From: Trypanosoma brucei | Taxonomy: Eukaryota | DNA: 64,000 nt | Direction: 5' to 3' | Assembly (NCBI GenBank): GCA_000002445.1 | Contig: CM000207.1 | Span: forward strand, 800,001-864,000 | Shown here: positions 33,171 through 43,577 of the stretch, one piece after another | Position numbering within the stretch: the stretch's first letter is position 1 | Layout: every line of letters begins with the position of its first letter | Made by a program: the position numbers and the translations under genes | Notes under the pieces: generated by a model | What the model was told of the DNA's origin: nothing | The model's input: only the letters and a program-made list of their open reading frames with translations | The model's database searches: none

Positions 33171-36100
33171 GCTCGCGCGCGCATGCCTGCCTGCGCGGGA
33201 TTCGCTGAGCAATGTGTCGCTGACTTCCCTTTATAAAAAAAAAAGAAAAATAGTTCGCGATATGTTCGTTTGCTTGACAGACGCCGAAGTACCGTGTTCA
33301 CGCAAAGGGTCGATGAAGATCTCGTCTCGCCTTTCGCGCTTTCGGGGTCCCGCAGTTATCGTATCTTTTCGAAGTGCACCGGGCTAAGATTCGCGTGGGG
33401 TGCCGTGCCGATTTCCCGACTGGTGATGCACTTCAGTTACTGCGGTGTTGTTTCCGTTCATTTTTTGATTTTGAATCACTTTTTTTTGTGTTTTTGACAA
33501 ATACAGGTTCTGGTGTACGCGAAGCGTATGCTTTTCTGGAGGTGGGCTTGCGCCCGGAATCTTCGTCAAACTCAGAAGATTTGTGACGTTTTTGGTCAAG
33601 TCACTACTACACATATATATGTGGTGAGGGTTGGTAACTTGCCCTGTGAACTAGCAACCACCTGCTGTTTGCTAAAGGACCAACTTTCGCTTTGTATTAT
33701 ATTTTATTTGATTCCCCCGGGAGGTGGAATGTGTTGTCATTTGTTCTAATCTGGGTGATAATCCTCGCCTGATTTAAAAAAAAGGAAAACGGCGACGGGT
33801 CAGTGTTATGTTATCTTTGCGACCAGAACTGTTTGTCAACAAATAAGTGGGTGTATTATTGTATAAGGGGGAGAGATTCTGTTTGGACCACAGCGGATAA
33901 ATAATAGGAGCAAATATAACTGTATGTACTCCTGAGCACAATAGAGTTTTGTTCGAAGAAAAGGATCACTTCATTGATCCTGCTTTTGCCAAATTTTTGC
34001 CTTTTGGTGACAAGAGCACTTGATAGCGGCGTGTCGCAATTCGGTTGTATGGTTTCTATAACTTAAATCCCGTGGATGGAAGCTGCGGATGAATATACAG
34101 TTAACTGTGTGCACGGCTGCCATTATGATTTCCCCCCTCTGCGTTCTAACCAACCCTAAGCTCGCTGGTAAGTTTGTACGAAGCTTTTCGGAGGAAAGTA
34201 AAATATTTTTCGGTTATTCGTTACGTACTGAAAACATCTTATGGTTTATTTATATTAGGGATTTGCGTTCTTGAGCTGAACAATTAGACGTGTCCGAAAT
34301 GTAAGTTTCGATTACTGCTTTCATTTTCCCGGTCTACATATATACATCCGCGCACACATATATGTATGCATATATTAAGTGCGTGGGCTTGAGTCTCCAT
34401 GTATATGTACATAGCTTCTATTTTCTGTAGTAATACGAAGGTCGTGTTGTGCGCAACCACTCGTGTACTGTGTGCGGTAATGTTTTCAAATGGTTAAAAT
34501 TTCCCCCCTTTTAATAGAGCGGCGTGCACACGCTAGCTTCGGTTTATATTATTTACTTCTATCAAACGCTCGTGATGTTTAAAGGTTTCCTCCCCTTTTT
34601 GGCGTGCATGGGTATGGGGACACAGGATGTCGCTTGTTTTTTTATTTTCTGCGCTCTTATCATAAGTTGCACGTGTGGAAAATGTTAATCTGAAATAAAG
34701 CGGGTGTAAATTGTATCGTTCAGTAAAGGAGGGATGCGTTCACAGTATCGAAAAAGTTTCAGATCACACTGAAGGCAATCGACCGTATTTAAATGTAAAG
34801 GTGCAGTGATATTCCGACGGCACTATTCCGTTAGTTGCTTACTGTAGGCGCCGTGATGTTTTGAAAATTTTCTTATTTACTCTGTGTTTACTCATTGGGC
34901 CTTCTGTTTTTGACTACACCAGTGGGAAAAAACGTTTTTTACACTTGAACCACTCATAAAATGCTTTTTGCAATGAAAAAAAAAGAGAGTAAATCCACTA
35001 ATATCCCAACGAGGTAGGGCATTTCTTTTACATCAACAATGCCGAAAGAATATGGATTGGGGAAGAAACCTTAATTCCGGTAGGCTGACGTGAACTTTTT
35101 TATTACTTTTCTAGTGGCCGAAGGGTTCTTCAAGGAAAAAAAAATAAGGATTGGGATCTTTTTTTTTTTTTGACGACAACATCTTTGTCACTGTTCAACT
35201 CTCTTGAAAAGAATGTGATAAAATTGTGAGGTTATCTTTTGATGACTTGGAAAATATTGAGTATTTCCCGAAGTGGCCTAATTACGTGTGAGGTAAGGTC
35301 GATCGACGGTCTGAGCCGGGCGGTGCCCATGTTTGTATCGTTTCCCCTTTGTTTCTCATCACGTTAGGTCTGCTAGCAAGGTGCCCTAAGGAGGACCTTT
35401 TATTTAGATTAATATTTCCCCGATCACGTGTAGTCTATGAAGCAGGTCTGTGCGCTTGCTCAAGAGAAAACTAAAGGAATGATGTTGTTTTATCCTCGTT
35501 GTTTCGTAGTGCGGCTCATAGTTTTACAATGCCCCACATATTGCCCGAAAGGTGGCCCGGGCACAATTTGTTCAATCTTCAGAGGATGAGTTGCCCCGTT
35601 TTGATTCATTCACAGCAATATATCCCCTCTCAGCCCCTTCCAACGAGTGTCGTGTTTAACCCTATGTGCGGGTTGGGGAAAAGAACGGTTGTTTTAATGT
35701 ACGGTGGCTTTATGACTTAGATTATGAACCACAAACTGTGTTTCATATTGGTTGCACCAACCAACGTAAGGAGACTTGTATTGGCCACTTTGGTCAAGAT
35801 AATTCGCGTACTCTTCCCCTTCCTGAGTGCAAGGGCTTTGTGAAGTTGACCGGGCTATTAATTAAAAAAAGGGTTATGCCTTACCGACTTGATTGCAGTT
35901 GGAGGATGTCTCCATTGTTTGTTATCGTTCTGTTACCAGCGCTTCTCCGATTTCGTTTATTAGGGCGTGTTCTTTACTAAATTGGCTTCCACACAGGGAA
36001 AAACAAAGATGAGAAAAGAGGCGGCGATGAAGTGCGCTTTGTTTGCTCAGATATTCTGGTTAGTGCTGTCAGGGGTTGATTGGAAACCAGATACCTCAAG

Positions 36101-36961
36101 ATTGTTCTGCCAAGTGTTGTTTTACAAAAATTCTACCTATTCTGCACCTCCTTTTGGTAGTGGTGTATAACTCAATTGGATAGCAAGACACATGACACTC
36201 TGCTTCCTTTTGTTTGTGATCGTCGTTGTGATTCGCTGTACTTGCCTATGTGGGGAAGAGAAATGTCATTCTACCTTTTTTCTTTTGAAATTTGTCTCTT
36301 TGCTAGAATTTGGATGGACTTGTTGTCACGTACGTATCAATGTGTAATTATTGATATTCGGAATAAGTGAAAAAAAAATGGACGGGTCTTCAGGGACATC
36401 CATCCCTTTTCTTGATGTGCTGGAAAGTGTTGCGGCAGGTACTGTTCTGTAGTTGGGTGAGCGCTTGCGTCAGGTTTCTGAGCTACTGATGTTTTCCTCA
36501 GGTACGGACGAAGTGGGGGATTATTGGAAAATGTTTTTATCTAGTTTCTAATGTTTATCATTTGTTTACGGTATGTTGCCGCTACAAAAATACTGGTAAT
36601 TATGACGTTTCTGCTGCCCTCGGTTATGACGTACTTGGAAGGATCGAACGTTACTTTTTTTTTTAAAAAAAATCAAAACTGTTTAAAAATTTTACGTTGC
36701 AGTCGCTTAAAAAAAATTTATGTGTGTATTTCCCCCTATGTGTTCCGTTCACTGTGCCTGTAGGTCAAAGGACGTTTATGATGCCTTAAAAAAAAAGAAA
36801 TTGGTCCCTTGAACCTCGTATTTTGTCTTCCTTTTCCTATTTTGCTTTATTTACACCATCATGTATTTAGGGACATCGAGCTTAGGACTCATAGGGAAAC
36901 GGGTTGCCAATAATTTATTACTTTAATAGTGGTTCGTCTCGGTAGGTATTTTGGGTGTGAG

Positions 36962-39900
36962 ATGTCCGATCTCCTTGAGTTCTTTGTCCCAGCCTATGCC
37001 CGTGACTTGGAAAATATTGAAAAAGTTGGCGTGACTCAGTATCACATCAGTGAACCGTGTGATTTTGACGTCCCTCCACGGCAGCAGCTCGATGATCTTA
37101 CACGTCTTTTTGACAGTCTTCACAGGGAGAAGTCACCGACAGCTCTTTTTTCCAAACCGGAGCTGTTCGCAGCCCTTTTCACGTATATAAAGGCCATGGA
37201 GGACAAGGAAACAAGTTTTGCTGTCACGAGAGGTGCAAGACACAAAATATGTCATGAATCTGCCGAACGATTGAAGAAACTTCTCCAAATATGCGTGACA
37301 TATCTGAGGAGGAACGCCGAAAATGGTTTTAGAGATTCTCTGCTTTTGTGTTTGCGTTCAAATATTAAAATGTACGTTTTTGTTCTTTGCAATACCTTGC
37401 TGTCCACGGCACCGGGTATAGATGACGACGAGGGCATGTCTCCTTCATTCCAGAGGACGGGGCGAAAACGAAAGCGGAATAAGGGTAATCAAGAGGCAGG
37501 AATAGGTGAAGATGACAGTGGAGTCGATCAGGATGGCCGCGAACAGGCCCTTTCTGCACTTATAGATATTTTTTCACAGGACATTTTACAACTATGGACA
37601 GGGGAACTCATAGAAGAATCTATGCTGACTCTCATGCTGCGGATGCTACTTCACATGATCACCCAAAAGTGCAATATTCATGCCGATGTACAATCCGTGT
37701 CTGGTGCGCTTGTGGTTCTTCTTTCCAAGATATCTGCACAGATGATGGCCAGAGGTTCAATTGAGCCCAATGATTTTGTTTCTCCAATGATCGAACTGGT
37801 GTTGAAGTCTGAAGTAACCGCCCTTTTCTTCACGCGATTCGTCGCTGAAACAGAGAATGAGGGTGCGTCTGCTAATCACGCAGGCCGTGTAGTCACTGCG
37901 CTTATTGAAGGCGTTGCTGGTGTCGCCCTCTACGATGTTGTGGGTGATCCATCCGCTGCGAAAAATGTTGCTTTGTTTTTCAGTGAAGTCGCGAGGAGGT
38001 GCGTGAGCGTAACATCACGTATGTCCGATATTGTGATGCAAACCATTAACAGCGAAAGTTACGAAGTAAGGAAGTCGATCATCACTTGTGTCACTGAAAT
38101 GGTTATTCAGCGTTACAGTGGGCCTAACTGTAACGGCGAAGGTGAGGAGGAGATCCGTGATGGCTATCTCTCCGAGCTGCTGTGTCGCCTCATGGACTGT
38201 AATCCATATGTTCGTAATCACGTTGTGCACATGTGGGAGAAGTTGTTGGAGGCTCGAGCCGTCCCAAAACGCTTCCGCTTACCGCTAACGGGCGCTATTG
38301 TCGGCAGACTAGAAGACAGAAACTACCTTGTGAGGGACTCTGCCCTTCAGGTCGTCGTATCGATATTAAACAAGAGCTGGTTCGGCAGTGTATTGAGTCC
38401 ATCGTTGCTAGAAGAGAAGATTCGTGAGGCGACGGCTGCGGCCGAGGTTCTTTTTGAGTCCGTGGAAATGTATGTGAGGTGTCTAGAGGGCGTGAGAAAG
38501 TCCTCTACGTTTACGGAACCCCAAGCTAGTGGTTTGGCTGAAGAGGCAACGGGAGACGTTCCCGTTCCCATAGAGATGTCAAGCGAGCAAGAGTCTGCGA
38601 TTGATCGGGTTATCTCTTTTGAAGCATCAATGGAGTTCGCTAAATTGATAGCAAAATCACTAACGCATGCTACGTCCCTGCTGGATAGCCGAACTGAGCG
38701 AGATGCTATCGAGGCTATAAAGCTTGTGGTTGCCTGTAACCGACACCGGATCGATGAGGCTGAAAAAGCCTTTCTTCACGTACTGGTAATGGTTTACGAA
38801 GGGGAAATCAAGATTCAGTACGCTGTGCGAGACGCCCTCGTAGATGTTGTTTTCAACGCGTTTTCAAGGTCAACGACATCGTTAGCGGTGCAGAACACCG
38901 CCAGTGCTCATAAGTTGATTAGCTTTCTTCGCGGTGCAAAGGAGGGTGACATCAGCGCTGTTGATAGAGTATTCGCTCTCATTAGAACGAACCCTCCCCA
39001 CTGGCGACTCATTTCAGGCCACTTCATAGACGCTCTGTGGGGGATCGCAGGCGGTGCACTCGATGGCGGTGCCACTCTCGTTGAAAGGCGAATAGCTATG
39101 CGCCTTTTCAGCATTGTCTGCAAGCATGATTGGCACGCACTGGTATCCAGAAAAGAAAGCGTTGTGGAGTTTTTGAAGTCGGGCACTATGAAGGACAACG
39201 TTGTTTTGGCGTACTGCTTGAAGAGTCTCGAGGTTGAAGGTCAGGATCCACACTATCAGCCTATATCGTCCAAATTTGCGCCGGGTGAGCATGTAATTCT
39301 TGAGCAATTGGTTTTTCACTTGTGCAGAACCACAACTACGTTGTCTTCATGGCTAATCGTGGCCGATGCAGCTATTAGCGCTGTTCATCGCCTATGCGAA
39401 GTTCCCGCAGTTGTTTATATCTATGTATTGGAGTATCTCGCACAAAGAGTTGACGCTGATGTTAATACTCAGGCTCAGCTTTTTTTTGTATTGGGGCGTA
39501 CAGCGCTGAAACAGCTCGTTGCGGTTGATTGCCTAGAACGCCAGCATCTGAAAAGGGTCGATGTCGAAGCTATGGCTAAGAAGCCAGCAACGGAGCAGTC
39601 GGTTGTGGGTGATGCTGACGCTATGCACAAGGAATTGGGTTTGGGCTCTCACGAGTACAGAAGGCACGCGATCCAGGAACTAGCTCAACGCCGTAAGCAG
39701 GCTATCATGTCTGAGGGTTCAATCTGGCACCGTCTCTCCAAAGATGTTGTTGATGTCTGTCGGAAAAAGGCATCGCGGTCTGTGGGTAACCCACTAGAGA
39801 GGGTCTGCGCCGTCATGACTATGTCTGAGCTCATGATTGTGAGTGACCAGTTCTGTGAGCAGCATCTAGATCTTCTCTTCACCATCGTTTCCGACAAACG

Positions 39901-40738
39901 AGAATCGTGGGTTGTAAAGACGAACGCAGTCATTGCGTTGGGGGATCTGGCCTGCGTACACCCGAATCTTCTTTCTCCATATCTCAAGGTGCCAACAACG
40001 GGGTTCTTCAAACTTCTTAACGATGCTGATGTCAGAGTCCGTGCGGTAACGATTCAGGTGTGTTCCCACCTTGTTCTCGGGGAAATGCTCCGAATTCGAG
40101 ATCACCTTTATATCATAGTGAGGCTTGTGGCTGATCCTAATGAAACAATTGCTAGCAACGCGGTAACGTTCGTGCAGAACCTGGCGTTGAAGGAAAAAGA
40201 GAGGACGGGGAACCTAATTCCTCCTCTTGTTGTTCAACTAAGCCACGTCGTACCAGCTGATAAGTTTCAGCTGGCGATGCGGTCGCTTCTTGAGCGCGTT
40301 GAGGGCGATAAACCGACAGAATCACTAATAGAACGTTTGTGTCAACGGTTTGAACCATATTCGGAGCGCGGAACCAAAAAGCGGCAAATTGCACGCAATC
40401 TGGCTTTTTGCCTTCACGAGCTCACTTATGCAACTGAAAGGACTATCAAACGGATCACCTCGGAGGTCTGCTATCAACAGTATAAGCAATGGTTGCGGGA
40501 TGACGTCGTACTGGACTATTTTAAGGATATCGCCGCCAAGGCTAAAAAGGTTGGGCTTCGAATTGGAACAGAACGTCGTGATAAAGCGGCTATTGAGGAA
40601 TGGGAGGCTCGGATGCAGGCTGATTGCTGCGGACTGGATGACCCCAGAGGCAGTAGGCAGCTCACTGGTGACGAGTCTAGAGAAGCTGGAGACCAGAATG
40701 AACGCGACAACTGGGACACTACGGCTGACGGCTTGTAA
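36962..40738 (+). CDS. condensin complex subunit 1 (Cnd1/NCAPD2-like HEAT-repeat protein)
   Basis: The C-terminal block VVKTNAVIALGDLACVHPNLLSPYLKVPTTGFFKLLNDADVRVRAVTIQVCSHLVLGEMLRIRDHLYIIVRLVADPNETIASNAVTFVQNLALKE matches the conserved Cnd1 C-terminal domain. The rest is helical HEAT-like. The track start 36929 is GTG and the first ATG is at 36962. Condensin II D3 cannot be excluded. Confidence 0.7.
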   Translation: MSDLLEFFVPAYARDLENIEKVGVTQYHISEPCDFDVPPRQQLDDLTRLFDSLHREKSPTALFSKPELFAALFTYIKAMEDKETSFAVTRGARHKICHESAERLKKLLQICVTYLRRNAENGFRDSLLLCLRSNIKMYVFVLCNTLLSTAPGIDDDEGMSPSFQRTGRKRKRNKGNQEAGIGEDDSGVDQDGREQALSALIDIFSQDILQLWTGELIEESMLTLMLRMLLHMITQKCNIHADVQSVSGALVVLLSKISAQMMARGSIEPNDFVSPMIELVLKSEVTALFFTRFVAETENEGASANHAGRVVTALIEGVAGVALYDVVGDPSAAKNVALFFSEVARRCVSVTSRMSDIVMQTINSESYEVRKSIITCVTEMVIQRYSGPNCNGEGEEEIRDGYLSELLCRLMDCNPYVRNHVVHMWEKLLEARAVPKRFRLPLTGAIVGRLEDRNYLVRDSALQVVVSILNKSWFGSVLSPSLLEEKIREATAAAEVLFESVEMYVRCLEGVRKSSTFTEPQASGLAEEATGDVPVPIEMSSEQESAIDRVISFEASMEFAKLIAKSLTHATSLLDSRTERDAIEAIKLVVACNRHRIDEAEKAFLHVLVMVYEGEIKIQYAVRDALVDVVFNAFSRSTTSLAVQNTASAHKLISFLRGAKEGDISAVDRVFALIRTNPPHWRLISGHFIDALWGIAGGALDGGATLVERRIAMRLFSIVCKHDWHALVSRKESVVEFLKSGTMKDNVVLAYCLKSLEVEGQDPHYQPISSKFAPGEHVILEQLVFHLCRTTTTLSSWLIVADAAISAVHRLCEVPAVVYIYVLEYLAQRVDADVNTQAQLFFVLGRTALKQLVAVDCLERQHLKRVDVEAMAKKPATEQSVVGDADAMHKELGLGSHEYRRHAIQELAQRRKQAIMSEGSIWHRLSKDVVDVCRKKASRSVGNPLERVCAVMTMSELMIVSDQFCEQHLDLLFTIVSDKRESWVVKTNAVIALGDLACVHPNLLSPYLKVPTTGFFKLLNDADVRVRAVTIQVCSHLVLGEMLRIRDHLYIIVRLVADPNETIASNAVTFVQNLALKEKERTGNLIPPLVVQLSHVVPADKFQLAMRSLLERVEGDKPTESLIERLCQRFEPYSERGTKKRQIARNLAFCLHELTYATERTIKRITSEVCYQQYKQWLRDDVVLDYFKDIAAKAKKVGLRIGTERRDKAAIEEWEARMQADCCGLDDPRGSRQLTGDESREAGDQNERDNWDTTADGL

Positions 40739-41275
40739 CGGAATTATGCGACTTCACACGAGGTGCAGTTTCTTGTGCGAGTATCACGGAATTGTCATTC
40801 ACCAAGAAAAATGGTAGTTATATAGAAGAGTGCCAACGGCATAAAACTTTTTTTCTTTTCGGCCCATGGGGGTTATGTTTAGTGTTTTTTTCTTGCTTGG
40901 TACAGTTGATTGCCGGGAATCAAATGCGCGAAGGACACTCCCGTGGGGGCACTTCACATTTAGAAGGAAAAGCTTATGCGGCTACATTTTTGTATGCAGT
41001 TTGGACGAGGTGTCGTATAGCGCATGTGCCTTCCGGATGCTTTGAATAGGTCTTGAATGCCGTGTGCTTTTTTGTGCCTCCGTATTCTTCACATCTATTG
41101 CACCGATATGTAAATTGGCCGTGTTCCCAGGGGTTCTTTTGAGGTCCCCACCTTTCCTTTTCTTTATTCTTATTGTGCTTTAACCAGTTTCGATCGCGGG
41201 GAGGGTACCGGACTTGTGTCTGAACTGCAGCGGTGGGGCGCTCGTTCGCTGCCGTCGGTCATTGTCTGGGGAGAC

Positions 41276-42430
41276 ATGTCAGCGTCCCGGATGGTGCCGG
41301 CCGATTTTGAGCTCGGATCAGCTCTTGGTGCGGGATCCTTCAGTAAGGTGGTGACAGCCAGCCACGTACCAACCGGACGGCGCTATGCGATCAAGGTGGT
41401 TTCAAAGCAACAGATCTGTACCGCTCCCTCCGATGAAGAAAAGAGGCGTATGGCAGAAGTGGCCATAAGAGAGGCCCGCATGCTTCGTATGTGCAGCCAC
41501 CCCAACATTGTCCGGTTCCACGCCTCAATGCAAGGTCCGCAGGACCTTATGTACGTAACGGAACTTTGTGACGGGGGGGAGCTACTCGAAGCTATCAAAG
41601 CGTGGGGAACAATACCCCTTGAGGCTGCACGCCACGTCCTCGCCGAGCTTTTTTCGGCTATATGGTATTTGCATCATGCACCGAAACACACACAGCCCGG
41701 AGTTCCTGATGCCCCCCTTGAGTCAATAACAATATTACATAGAGATATAAAACCCGAAAATATTATGCTGATGAGCGATAGGCACGTCAGGCTCATTGAC
41801 TTCGGTACGGCGGTGGTGTGTCGGTCGGTTGACGAACGGCCGGAAGGTGAACACAGTAGCAAAGGAAGGGCGAAGACATTTTGTGGTACAGCACCTTACA
41901 TGTCACCTGAATTGTTACGGAACAACTACACTTGCACTGCTTCTGATTACTGGGCCTGTGGTTGCGTGTTATACCACATGCTGGTGGGCAAGCGTCCTTT
42001 TGATGGATCAACGGAGTACTTTCTTATACAGAGTATCCTCGAAAAGGAACCCGAGTATCCCGAGGACTTAGACGACGACGCGAAGGATTTGATACACAGG
42101 TTGCTGTCAAAATCACCGGATGAACGACCCGGTCGTGAAGAGGTGCAAAATCATCCATTTTTTGTGAGTATTGATTTTGATGGTCTCGCAACGAAGGAAG
42201 TGGCCCCTTTTTGGGTGAGGAACGTTGAGTGGGAGCCCAATTCCCTATTTAGCACCTGCGTAGTCTGTAGAAGGGCGTTCTTCCTCTGGAGGCGTCGCCG
42301 CCACTGTCATAATTGTGGGAAGTTGGTTTGTAGTTCCTGCTCCGCGAATCATATTACCATACCTGGTTGTTCCAGCGCCTCCCCTGAGAGGGTTTGTGAT
42401 TCTTGCTTTGGCAAGATTAGGGGGGATTGA
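41276..42430 (+). CDS. Ser/Thr protein kinase with C-terminal FYVE zinc finger
   Basis: Kinase subdomains are present: GAGSFSKV, AIK, HRDIKPENIML, DFG, APE-like (APYMSPE), DYWACGCVLYHML. The C-terminal WRRRRHCHNCGKLVCSSCS...ERVCDSCF fits the FYVE signature (R+HHCRxCG, RVC). The track start 41216 is GTG and the first ATG is at 41276. Confidence 0.8.
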   Translation: MSASRMVPADFELGSALGAGSFSKVVTASHVPTGRRYAIKVVSKQQICTAPSDEEKRRMAEVAIREARMLRMCSHPNIVRFHASMQGPQDLMYVTELCDGGELLEAIKAWGTIPLEAARHVLAELFSAIWYLHHAPKHTQPGVPDAPLESITILHRDIKPENIMLMSDRHVRLIDFGTAVVCRSVDERPEGEHSSKGRAKTFCGTAPYMSPELLRNNYTCTASDYWACGCVLYHMLVGKRPFDGSTEYFLIQSILEKEPEYPEDLDDDAKDLIHRLLSKSPDERPGREEVQNHPFFVSIDFDGLATKEVAPFWVRNVEWEPNSLFSTCVVCRRAFFLWRRRRHCHNCGKLVCSSCSANHITIPGCSSASPERVCDSCFGKIRGD

Positions 42431-42668
42431 GCGGAAGCAGGAGGTCGCGTTTAACGTTTCGGAAGTTTCTTTATTAACTGTGTCGTTAGCAATAGTATTC
42501 ACGGAACGCAGCAAATAGGTGTTCACTCACTCACCCCTCTCCACTGACTCCCTCATTGGGTTATGTTATGCTTACACACGCATGCACATCTATAAAGTTG
42601 TGTAGATACATTCACGCATGCTCCGTGCACCTATATTTTTCTTGTTTGTAAACTGCAGAGCAGATACC

Positions 42669-43337
42669 ATGGCCGCGGATGATGAGTCTGCCGCACTGCT
42701 GCACCGCCTTGGGTGGTTAGTTGAGCGAAGCAAGGTCGGGTTCAAGGGGAACCCCCCTCCCTTTGAGTCAGCCAAAACTCAGAAAAGCGTGGAAATAATG
42801 AAAAGAAAAGAAAAGAGGAAACTTGCGGGGGGTACGAGCTTTAAGCCCTTTATCCACGGACCTCCGAGACTTGCCGAGGATTCACGGCCAACAAGACACT
42901 TGCGGGGCATAGACACCCAAAAATACGATGCTCAACTGAGCAAAACGGCCTTAAGCGGCCGTTGCCAGAAGTTAGATAGATCAACTGGATGCCCAGAGAT
43001 ACTGGCGGCTTTATGTTGGGATTTAGAAGCAAAGAAACCTGATGCCAATAAAGCTCAGAAGGATCCCGTTGGAACAGTTTGCCATCCTGATGATGGCCAT
43101 CGAGCGGCCACCGCTGGCAAAAATCAGTACCTTCTTACCCTGAGCAAGGAGGAAAGGGAAGCGTATTATAGATCTGAAGCGATAAATCACCCGAAGTTCA
43201 CCAGAAGGAGCCGCGAGTACCGGGAGGGCTTAGGATGGTACCACGGGTCTCAGCTTGTGGGGCCATTGCGTAAAGGCAGCTGTTCATCTGAACCTAAGAC
43301 TCGGAACTGCATTCGTCTGGTGAATAGAAATATTTAG
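42669..43337 (+). CDS. hypothetical protein (about 222 aa)
   Basis: The ORF lies between the kinase and the transporter. The ATG at 42669 (accATGg) sits immediately after a pyrimidine tract plus AG at 42620-42665. The upstream ATG at 42618 lies inside that tract. The protein is lysine-rich and hydrophilic with no recognised domain. Confidence 0.45.
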   Translation: MAADDESAALLHRLGWLVERSKVGFKGNPPPFESAKTQKSVEIMKRKEKRKLAGGTSFKPFIHGPPRLAEDSRPTRHLRGIDTQKYDAQLSKTALSGRCQKLDRSTGCPEILAALCWDLEAKKPDANKAQKDPVGTVCHPDDGHRAATAGKNQYLLTLSKEEREAYYRSEAINHPKFTRRSREYREGLGWYHGSQLVGPLRKGSCSSEPKTRNCIRLVNRNI

Positions 43338-43577
43338 CACTCGCTAGAGTTGCAAGTAAGGATGTGGCTTACCGGTGTGTAGGATTGGGTTAGTTACTGT
43401 TGCGTTATATTGTAAATCCCCCTTCACTGCTGCTACTGCTCTATGATGTGTTCCGTGCCTCCCCCCCCCCTATTCCCTTCGCCCGTAAGCTGGAAGCAGG
43501 AGCTTCGTTCATCGTCCGTGGCGCGCAGGGGCATCGCACTAGGCCTCACCTGGAATTTTTAGGGTCCAGTGGATGCC

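Noticed and set aside
32857-33387. 176-aa plus-strand ORF across the GT-rich element
   Set aside because: Its translation (VVLVGALLRCV...FFLFFFFFG) is what GT and T tracts produce. It is an alternative-start-codon ORF with no splice-acceptor context. I interpret it as regulatory DNA, not coding.
29400-36960. Possibility that the 7.6 kb gene-free interval is a degenerate ingi/RIME/SIDER retroelement or RHS pseudogene
   Set aside because: There are no long degenerate ORF fragments, no terminal A-tract plus target-site duplication pair and no internal repeats. Composition instead changes in strand-mirrored steps, as expected of a divergent strand-switch region.
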